The notes below the pieces were generated by a model. The model searched no databases. It was not told the origin of the DNA and was given only the letters and a program-made list of their open reading frames with translations. 64,000 nucleotides of DNA from an uncultured euryarchaeote (lineage in GTDB: Archaea > Thermoplasmatota > Poseidoniia > Poseidoniales > Poseidoniaceae), in contig CALDNA010000066.1 in assembly GCA_937915175.1 (NCBI GenBank), forward strand, positions 2,994 through 66,993. The letters are read 5' to 3'. The position numbers and the translations under genes were made by a program. This document shows positions 52,260 through 59,466 of this stretch, piece after piece (positions within the stretch are counted from its first letter, which is position 1; each line of letters starts with the position of its first letter).

Positions 52260-52877
52260 GTGCATGGAGTCGGTACTATGGCAGAGTCTTCTGAAAACAG
52301 TTCGATGTTCCGAAAGTGGGCCATGCGCCAATACTGGCGAATGCAACAAAGTCAGGCGGTAGTTGGTTTACTGCTTTGGGGCACCACCATCACCCTCCTT
52401 GTTTGGCCGTACGTCTCATGGCGGTTTTCAGATCAGTGCTCAGATGGGGTTTGTTTCTCGTCTTCCCTGTTAGGGATTCCATCGACGTACCTCGGTCTCG
52501 CCTTTATTTTCTTTTCAGTGATGTTTGCAGTGCTTCTTATCGGATTTCTCTACGACCAAGTGTTTTCGCTTTGGACCGAATGGCGCAGCGTCGACATGGA
52601 ACGCAATCCCTACGTGACCTACGCCCTTTCTCCAAACTGGGTCATGATGATTGCTCTTCAGGCTGAAACACTGAAGCGCACGGCGAACGAAGATCCGGCC
52701 ATGATGGCCCAAGCAGATTGGTACCTCAAATGGTGTGAAACATACACAGAGGGCGAAATGTTCGCTCGCTCCGTTCAGCGGTGGGACAAAGACATGGGCG
52801 AGACGCCGACGTTTTGGTTCACCAGCGACGAGGCCATGCAAAGAGCACGAGAATCAGTTTTCGAAGACGAAGCATGA
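52260..52877 (+). CDS. Hypothetical membrane protein (2-3 TM)
   Basis: ORF with helices VVGLLLWGTTITLLVWPYV and LGLAFIFFSVMFAVLLIGFLY. Confidence 0.4.
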   Translation: MHGVGTMAESSENSSMFRKWAMRQYWRMQQSQAVVGLLLWGTTITLLVWPYVSWRFSDQCSDGVCFSSSLLGIPSTYLGLAFIFFSVMFAVLLIGFLYDQVFSLWTEWRSVDMERNPYVTYALSPNWVMMIALQAETLKRTANEDPAMMAQADWYLKWCETYTEGEMFARSVQRWDKDMGETPTFWFTSDEAMQRARESVFEDEA

Positions 52878-53186
52878 TCAAGACTTCTTGCCAGTCAATG
52901 CCGAAAACCAACGCTTCAACATGTCGAACAAGGTCTCTCTTCGGAAGTACTCACCTGTGCTCGGGTCGTACCATGTTCCATCTCCTTGTTTGATGGGTTT
53001 ATTGTGCTGGTATTGCTGCTGGTTTCGATGATGACGAGGATGGCGAAACTGGTTGTATTGTGAACCACGGCCACTGGGCCTGTACCTGCGGTTTTGTCGT
53101 GTGCTGCCGCCTCTCGAAGAAGAGCGACCTCCGCCTGCACCCCGAGGCTTGTATGTGCGCCGGCTGCCAGAGGAACCCATATCCAT
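52878..53186 (-). CDS. Small basic Arg/Gly/Gln-rich (RGG-like) protein
   Basis: GSSGSRRTYKPRGAGGGRSSSRGGSTRQNRRYRPSGRGSQYNQFRHPRHHRNQQQYQHNK followed by a short structured tail. ORF only. Confidence 0.35.
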   Translation of the reverse strand: MDMGSSGSRRTYKPRGAGGGRSSSRGGSTRQNRRYRPSGRGSQYNQFRHPRHHRNQQQYQHNKPIKQGDGTWYDPSTGEYFRRETLFDMLKRWFSALTGKKS

Positions 53187-53245
53187 CCCTATCGGCTTTT
53201 TGATTTAAGTACCCTGCTGTCTCAATCGAAACGCTTCTGTTTTGG

Positions 53246-54100
53246 TCAAAGAGAACTGTAAAACACTTCGATTTCTACCAAAAGGCCAGCTTCATGAGCG
53301 TATTGATTGGAGGGCACCTCAATCATGGTGGCGCCCGGGATCCGTTTGACAATGCTCTTCACATCATCCAATCCGTGCAACTTGTCCGATTCAGCAGAAA
53401 TAACGGCGCAAGGCACTTTGATGTTCGAAAGGTCTTGTGGGAGGGAAAAATGGGTTAAAGATCGAGCGGAAGACCGCATTCTCTCAGCATTTTGGGCCAA
53501 CAAAGTACGGCGGTAACGAACCCTCTGACCGTCTTCTTTGACCTTTCGTTCAATGGTCCAAACTGCAAATTTAACCATCCAACTCAATGTGAAATTAGGC
53601 AGCGGCATTCTCAGCAACATACGTTGCGCAAATGGCATTTTAAATGCCTGATTTGGGGCCACGAATATTGAACTCCGCGCTTCAATTAAGTCTCGTTGCA
53701 TAGCGTCGATAAGAACGGTTGATCCGAGGGATGAAGAGAAAAAGTCGACGTTAGGTCCAAGCTTGTAAAATTTGATGACGTCTATGAGGTCCTGTGTGAA
53801 TTTCTCAACGGTGAAATCCTTTGTTGAACTTCTTCGGCTTTCAAAAACAGCGCTTGCCTTTTCTCTGCTTTCAATGTAAACGACCGGTCTTTGGGCAACC
53901 CATGCTGCCATCAATGGCTTCCATCCTTCGAACACCGAGCCCCACCCAGGAACAAAAACCACAGGATCGAGGGTTTTTGCAACTTCATCGGTCGGCGTCC
54001 AGGTTAGCACTCGAAGCGAAACGCCGCCGCTAACAGCAACCAATTCTTCCAAACAAGTTGAACCCGGAAGTTCAGGCGCGCCCCCCCAATGCTCTTCCAT
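53246..54100 (-). CDS. Alpha/beta-fold hydrolase
   Basis: VVFVPGWGSVFEGW, nucleophile-elbow-like FFSSSLGSTV and a late His (SNQYAHE). Confidence 0.6.
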   Translation of the reverse strand: MEEHWGGAPELPGSTCLEELVAVSGGVSLRVLTWTPTDEVAKTLDPVVFVPGWGSVFEGWKPLMAAWVAQRPVVYIESREKASAVFESRRSSTKDFTVEKFTQDLIDVIKFYKLGPNVDFFSSSLGSTVLIDAMQRDLIEARSSIFVAPNQAFKMPFAQRMLLRMPLPNFTLSWMVKFAVWTIERKVKEDGQRVRYRRTLLAQNAERMRSSARSLTHFSLPQDLSNIKVPCAVISAESDKLHGLDDVKSIVKRIPGATMIEVPSNQYAHEAGLLVEIEVFYSSL

Positions 54101-54218
54101 TCGTTTTGGAAGGTACGCCTATTGGGAATAAGCGTTTAGCCGTCTATTGAACCACAACCACCACTTGGCGATGGTTGTCGACGCGTCACACTCACAACCC
54201 TTTGTGTCGTTATCGGAG

Positions 54219-54302
54219 TGCAGAGGGCAGGATTCGAACCTGCGAACTCATAGAGACTGGGACCTCATCCCAGCGCCGTTGACCAAGCTTGGCAACCCCT
54301 GC
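54219..54302 (-). tRNA. tRNA-Leu (anticodon GAG), class II with long variable arm; CCA not encoded
   Basis: Folded by hand from the reverse complement GCAGGGGTTGCCAAGCTTGGTCAACGGCGCTGGGATGAGGTCCCAGTCTCTATGAGTTCGCAGGTTCGAATCCTGCCCTCTGCA. The 7-bp acceptor stem has one G-U pair. Anticodon stem CTGGG/CCCAG with loop AT-GAG-GT. T arm GCAGG-TTCGAAT-CCTGC. Confidence 0.85.
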
Positions 54303-54325
54303 TTCAGCCGTCCCTTATGCCGCGC

Positions 54326-54334
54326 GTATATCAA
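54326..54334 (-). promoter_or_regulatory. Candidate TATA box for tRNA-Leu (TTGATATAC on the minus strand)
   Basis: 24 nt upstream of the tRNA 5' end. Identical 9-mer to the element upstream of glnII. Confidence 0.4.
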
Positions 54335-54370
54335 TGACGCGACAGGACGCCTTTGCTGGCCAAAAAGGAC

Positions 54371-55042
54371 TCACTCTTCCATGAAAATGGAGATTTCTTC
54401 CAATGGTTTTCGATGAATGTCTGGGACCTTGGCACCCGGTGCTGGATAGCCAACGGGCATAACGAGCATGGCCTCCTCGTGGGGGGGCCGATCGAGTAAA
54501 TCGCCGAGGAACTTCATTGGCGAGGGGGTATGCGTCAACGTGACAAGCCCCATGCGGTGCACGGCGTTGATGAACAAGCCCGCAGCAATACCGCATGATT
54601 CGGTAGCATAGTATGTTGGGCCCCACTCGCCGTTGTCTCGAAGTCGTTTTTTCTGCTTAAACAAAACCACAACCCAAGGTGCATCTGTGAGGTGTTCTTT
54701 TACTGCGTCCGTGCCGAGCGGAGAAAGCACTTCAGCCCACGCTTCCGGCATGCGATGATCGTAGGTGCGCCGTTCTTCTTCTTCCGCAGCACTTCTGATT
54801 TTTTTCTTCAATTCAGCGTTGGAAACAGCGACCCACGTCCATGGTTGTAAGTGAGCGCCGTTTGGGGCGGTACCGCCCGATTGAATGGCCAATTCAATCA
54901 GTTTTCGATCAACCGACTGAGTTGAGAAGTGCCGAGTCGTGCGACGGGTGTTATTTTCTTGATAGGCCAGATTCGCTTGCTCAAGCATGACCTCTTCAGA
55001 TTGCTGTGCCCAATCAAGCGGTATGAAACCGACTTCACCCAT
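54371..55042 (-). CDS. Nitroreductase-superfamily flavoprotein, iodotyrosine deiodinase (IYD)-like
   Basis: RRTTRHFS, GTAPNGAHLQPWTWVAV, AAEEEERRTYDHRM, AVKEHLTDAPWVVVLFKQ, GLVTLTHTP and LLDRPPHEEAMLVMPVGYPAPGAKVPDIHRKPLEEI. These are colinear with my recollection of animal IYD. Confidence 0.75.
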   Translation of the reverse strand: MGEVGFIPLDWAQQSEEVMLEQANLAYQENNTRRTTRHFSTQSVDRKLIELAIQSGGTAPNGAHLQPWTWVAVSNAELKKKIRSAAEEEERRTYDHRMPEAWAEVLSPLGTDAVKEHLTDAPWVVVLFKQKKRLRDNGEWGPTYYATESCGIAAGLFINAVHRMGLVTLTHTPSPMKFLGDLLDRPPHEEAMLVMPVGYPAPGAKVPDIHRKPLEEISIFMEE

Positions 55043-55087
55043 AGCCCTCGGAAGGGTGGCTGGCCTATCAGTTCTTTTCGAACATGG

Positions 55088-57535
55088 TCACTGTGTTGGC
55101 ATTTTCCCACGCATTCGTAACCATGACTCGCTGCCAAACATCAGCGCATACATCGCTGCAAGCCACAACGTAGGACGGCCCCAATCTTCTGCAGTCATCG
55201 TCTCCGGCATCACGCCTTGGCCAAACGCAAGCAGAACACAAAGCCAAACCAACGTCACCCCGTGAAGCCCCCAACGAACGGTGGACATAATCTGGGAAGA
55301 GTTTGCCTTCATTTCAGTGATTTCAACCTCGGTCAAAACAGCCGTGACACCCTTCAGTTTGTCAAGTGCCGTGCCCCCATTCCACCGAATCTGGCCCAAG
55401 CGGAAGCGACTGAGAATTTCGATGCCAGTGAACATGGTCACCCACACCACCACCACTTCGAGGAAGGGTTCAGCCCCCCTCAAATTGAGCGAGCCTTGGC
55501 CAGACCAAAGGAGAAGCCCCCAAAGCCATGAAACCAACACCAGTTGGAACGTTCGAGCGAATTTTGTAATGCGGTGCAGCAGTTCAGCGTCGTGTGAAAG
55601 CAACATTTCCAGAGCGATAATCAACGCTGTCGTACCGGACAAACCGACGCTGATCAACAACCACCACCAGTCTAGATCTCCATCCCTCCATGCAAACATC
55701 AACGCCACCATGGTCCAGGCAAGCGCCACTACCGATGCCAGATTGGCGGCAGCTTGCATTGTGTAGAGCGGATCTCGTCCGTCTCTGAGGACAGCAAAAC
55801 CACCCATCAACCGGGTTTCAAAAGCAGAATCATCGACAAGCCCGTGTGCAGCGGCAGTCATGCCACCAACGGCCTTGATTCGAGCGTTACCAACAATCGA
55901 CTGCGCCTCGCCCTGTGCCCATTGTTCATCCAAACCGTTCGTGTTCCATGAGGAACCACGGCTGGCAGCATGAGCCGCTCCTGCCCCACGGCTTTTGGTG
56001 TTCCCAGCAGAACGCGTTTTCGCCCACGCACGGATATCATCAGAGATGATGTCTTCGACTTGATCTTCGTTCAATGGGGCTCCGTGGTCGGTGTAGAGCC
56101 ATCGGCATTGAATCGGCACAGGGGCGGGATCAACGTCCGGCGCCACCATTTGGAATTGACCCGGTCCAAGCGTTGGCAACTGGGCCACTAAGTCTTGATC
56201 GCCACCACTTTCCTTCAACAAGTGACGAACCTTTTCGACGTCTTGCGGTTGGGTGAACCGTCCAATGAATGTGGTGTTGGCTTGGGCGAGAATTTTGTAA
56301 TCGACATCGCTCACGTTTTGCGTTGCCAGAACGCAAGCAACACCGTACTTCCTCGCCTGCTTGAAGATGAGTTTAATCAAATCCTTGGCGGGGGGATTTC
56401 TTGGGTGCGGCGGCAGGTAAGGCGCCACTTCATCCATGAAAAAGAGCAATTTTAATTCGCCTTCAGCAGGTTGCTGCGTGAGCATCCAATCGTACAACTC
56501 CCGAGACAATTCTTGAACAAAATATTGCTTCTGTGCTTCATCCTGAATGGTGTTAAGGTAGACGATGTTGAGGGGGATTTTTCCTGGGATTGCAGGCTCA
56601 ACAAAGGAATCGATATCGATGGGGACGCCGTTTGAAAACAACAACTGATTGACGCCCGAAGAATAAGCAGAAAGACGCCTTGCCAACTCATTTCGAGTTG
56701 TTTTTGGCAAGCGCTCTTCAAAGTCAGTGAGTCGATGTTCAGCCATCACTTCATCCCAAGGTGGAACCGCAAGTTTTTCTTCCCCCTCCTCAATATCAAG
56801 GAAGCATTCAGGGTAGAGTTTTCGCGTGAATTCTTGGTTTGGCTCTCGCACCACTCGCGCCAACGCTTGGAAATCACTGACGTCCAATCCATGCTTTGTA
56901 CCTTCGACCAGCACTTCATAGAGGAAGGGTTTGACGATCTTCCCTTGCGCTTTTTCAACATCATAGCCGGCTAAACTGGTGAACCCTGCGGCCACCATGT
57001 CCCATGCGGTAATCGCTTCTTCAGCATCGAGGTTTGAAGGCGGTGTTCGAAATGGATCAATGCACAAAGGCAAACCCTTCGAGCGAAGCGGGGTCCAAAT
57101 GCGAACCTCACACATGTCCATGAGTTTCTTTGCCCTCGCCACATCACCACCTTCTGCTTCCAGATCAGCAGGGGCGATACCAAGGGCGAGGCGCGCCAAA
57201 TCGCCCTGTGGATCGATGATTAGCGATGGAATCTTTGCTAACGCCGCTTCTTCGATCAACGCCTTGGCCATGACGGTTTTTCCAGAACCAGTTGAACCAA
57301 GCATGGCGGCGTGGCGTGCAAGGACCATCGGTTTGATGTCAATGGGCTCGCCAGTGTCACGCCTGTTTCCAAGGTACATCCCTTTCGGCTTGTACCTTTT
57401 TTGCTTCGTTTGCTTTTCCACAACAGCCGGGGAAGTTTGTTCATCAGGGGTGAGGATATCATCGACAAGGTCCGCTAAACTCGGCTCATCCGCCGTAGGC
57501 ATCTCCGCGGAGAAAGCCTCGTCGTCCGATACCAT
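55088..57535 (-). CDS. HerA/DUF853-like P-loop ATPase fused to a C-terminal six-helix membrane domain
   Basis: Walker A MLGSTGSGKTVMAKALIEE followed by IIDPQGDLARL. Walker B LLFFMDEVAPYLP. ATQNVSDVDYKILAQANTTFIGRF. The C-terminal 240 aa (nt 55088-55810) hold six hydrophobic helices. The ORF starts at a TTG at 57580; the first ATG is at 57535. Confidence 0.7.
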   Translation of the reverse strand: MVSDDEAFSAEMPTADEPSLADLVDDILTPDEQTSPAVVEKQTKQKRYKPKGMYLGNRRDTGEPIDIKPMVLARHAAMLGSTGSGKTVMAKALIEEAALAKIPSLIIDPQGDLARLALGIAPADLEAEGGDVARAKKLMDMCEVRIWTPLRSKGLPLCIDPFRTPPSNLDAEEAITAWDMVAAGFTSLAGYDVEKAQGKIVKPFLYEVLVEGTKHGLDVSDFQALARVVREPNQEFTRKLYPECFLDIEEGEEKLAVPPWDEVMAEHRLTDFEERLPKTTRNELARRLSAYSSGVNQLLFSNGVPIDIDSFVEPAIPGKIPLNIVYLNTIQDEAQKQYFVQELSRELYDWMLTQQPAEGELKLLFFMDEVAPYLPPHPRNPPAKDLIKLIFKQARKYGVACVLATQNVSDVDYKILAQANTTFIGRFTQPQDVEKVRHLLKESGGDQDLVAQLPTLGPGQFQMVAPDVDPAPVPIQCRWLYTDHGAPLNEDQVEDIISDDIRAWAKTRSAGNTKSRGAGAAHAASRGSSWNTNGLDEQWAQGEAQSIVGNARIKAVGGMTAAAHGLVDDSAFETRLMGGFAVLRDGRDPLYTMQAAANLASVVALAWTMVALMFAWRDGDLDWWWLLISVGLSGTTALIIALEMLLSHDAELLHRITKFARTFQLVLVSWLWGLLLWSGQGSLNLRGAEPFLEVVVVWVTMFTGIEILSRFRLGQIRWNGGTALDKLKGVTAVLTEVEITEMKANSSQIMSTVRWGLHGVTLVWLCVLLAFGQGVMPETMTAEDWGRPTLWLAAMYALMFGSESWLRMRGKMPTQ

Positions 57536-57626
57536 ACCGTGGGGAGGGAAGCAGGGGGTCTTGAAGACCGCGACCGCCAACGGTGTTGAGAAGCAGACTC
57601 AAGGGGGTCGGGCAATTCGCCGTTGT

Positions 57627-58733
57627 ATGGAGCGCATTCCGACCGGTCGCCCATCATGGGATGAAGAAATGCGCAGTGCGGCAATGGCCGTTTTGGATTC
57701 TAAGCGCTGGGTCAAAGGCGCTCAAGGCCGTGCCTTCGGCGAAGCCTTTGCCGCCCATTGTGGTGCGTTGAGTGCTACGCCTTGTCAAAACGGTTCATCT
57801 GCACTGTGGGCGGCCCTCCGGATTGCTAATATTGGGCCTGGCGATGAGGTGGTTGTCCCATCCTACACCTTCATCTCGACCGCCACATGCATTCTTTTGG
57901 TCGGTGCTACGCCGGTGTTCGTGGATGTTGAACCCGATTATTTCTGCCTCGATGTGAACGCAGTTCAAGACGCCATCACACCCGCTACTAAGGCCGTGAT
58001 TGGAGTCCACCTCTTCGGCCAGCCATACGATCCAAGACTTCTGACGCTGTGCGCCACACACAACATCGCGTTGATCGAGGATGCGGCCCAAGCGCACGGG
58101 GCAACACAACAACTTCTTGACGGCTCAAGACGAACAGCAGGGTCGATGGGTGACATCGGATGTTTCTCCTTTTTCCCATCCAAAAACATGGCCGTAGGTG
58201 GCGAGGGCGGTATGCTCACGACCACCCTGCCGGCCTACACTGCTAAGATCTCAGGCATCACAAATCACGGACGAAGCCCAGACTTGGAGGCGATGGAATT
58301 AGGCAGCAATTTACGCATGTCGGAAGTTTCGGCAGCCATTGGGCTGGAACAACTGAAGCAACTTGATCGGTGGGTAGAGCGACGTCGCACAATTGCTGCC
58401 CGTTACACAGAAGCGATCGGGGAAAATCCACTTCTTCAGCCACCGAAGGTCCGCCCAGGGGCAGAACACGCTTGGCACCAGTTCTGCGTTCATACAACCG
58501 AACCTGAAACGCTCGTGGCGCATTTTGACCGCCTTGGCATCGATGCGCGCAGGTATTACACGGTGCCCATTCACCAACAAGCGGTTTTCGCACACCACCC
58601 ACAGCACGCTACGGCCTTAGCCGTAACAAGCACCCTTGGTGCCGCCCTTGTCGCAATCCCTGTCATGCATGAACTGACAGAAGGTGAAATCCTCAGGGTT
58701 GTTCAGGCCTTGAAGGCGTTCAAGCTTGCTTGA
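57627..58733 (+). CDS. DegT/DnrJ/EryC1/StrS-family PLP-dependent sugar aminotransferase
   Basis: FEAFAAHCGALSATPCQNGSSALWAAL, IEDAAQAHGA and the PLP-Lys context CFSFFPSKNMAVGGEGG. ORF 56979..58733 trimmed because its first 216 codons are antisense to the ATPase gene. Confidence 0.85.
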   Translation: MERIPTGRPSWDEEMRSAAMAVLDSKRWVKGAQGRAFGEAFAAHCGALSATPCQNGSSALWAALRIANIGPGDEVVVPSYTFISTATCILLVGATPVFVDVEPDYFCLDVNAVQDAITPATKAVIGVHLFGQPYDPRLLTLCATHNIALIEDAAQAHGATQQLLDGSRRTAGSMGDIGCFSFFPSKNMAVGGEGGMLTTTLPAYTAKISGITNHGRSPDLEAMELGSNLRMSEVSAAIGLEQLKQLDRWVERRRTIAARYTEAIGENPLLQPPKVRPGAEHAWHQFCVHTTEPETLVAHFDRLGIDARRYYTVPIHQQAVFAHHPQHATALAVTSTLGAALVAIPVMHELTEGEILRVVQALKAFKLA

Positions 58734-59313
58734 CCGGGCGTCCAACATGAGCTAACTGGGCGTTCGACCAACTGCGGTCTCCAGTGATCTCAAGCCCAAG
58801 CCAAAGGGGCAATTCCACAGGGTGGTTCTCATCAGGCAGTTCAACCTCGGCAAGAATTAATCCAGCAAGTTCACCTTCAAACTCATCGACTTCCCAAAGC
58901 AACCCGTCAGCACCACGCCATTCATGCCTGCGTTTCGTTACAGAAGGGTAAGCGCCAGTTGCTCCAATTTGGTGCCCAATATTCAACGGCAATCCCCATT
59001 CGAGTTCATGCGCGCTGGCGTTGGTGCGGCGGCCCTTGAGGGTGAATACTGCTCGGTCATTAACAAGGCGCAGCCTTGCGATCCAATCGGATTCGGAACG
59101 GAAGAGTTCCAACTCAGAATCTTCCAATTTTTGGAAGCGACTCACACCCATGTACGACAACCACCCCTCGCTCTCAGTAACCTCGTTCGAACGGAGGTAG
59201 AATTGGGAAATTTGGCTGGCCCCCTCACCATCTCGCCAAGGTTGTGCCCCTTCATGGTCGACAAAAAAACGCCGTTCTATCTCGACGTGGCTCTTGCTTG
59301 CGTCGAGCCCCAT
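58720..59313 (-). CDS. CYTH-domain protein (CyaB/ThTPase triphosphate tunnel metalloenzyme family)
   Basis: N-terminal EIERRFFV (E-x-E-x-K/R signature) and a later acidic strand pattern (LILAEVELPDE). Confidence 0.65.
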   Translation of the reverse strand: MGLDASKSHVEIERRFFVDHEGAQPWRDGEGASQISQFYLRSNEVTESEGWLSYMGVSRFQKLEDSELELFRSESDWIARLRLVNDRAVFTLKGRRTNASAHELEWGLPLNIGHQIGATGAYPSVTKRRHEWRGADGLLWEVDEFEGELAGLILAEVELPDENHPVELPLWLGLEITGDRSWSNAQLAHVGRPVKQA

Positions 59314-59466
59314 AACCCGTCTGATGCAGCGATGGTTTATCATTGTCAAGCCAAATGAAACGAACTATGTTTTCACGATCCTCCCAAGAGTTTAGGCCCA
59401 CTGTTGAACAAGGCTGTAAAATCAATATACCAACTCATTGATACCAAGTACGCCCCTAGTGGTGCT

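Noticed and set aside
53246-54302. An integrated mobile element or prophage at tRNA-Leu.
   Set aside because: No integrase, recombinase or transposase-like ORF flanks the tRNA. I found no direct repeat of the tRNA 3' half (GGTTCGAATCCTGCCCTCTGC) elsewhere in the window. The neighbouring genes look like ordinary metabolic or hypothetical genes.
56979-57626. The 216-codon N-terminal extension of the DegT ORF (listed as 56979..58733, 584 aa).
   Set aside because: The extension is antisense to the Walker A region of the HerA-like ATPase and has Ser/Ala/Arg-rich junk composition. DegT homology begins just after the ATG at 57627.
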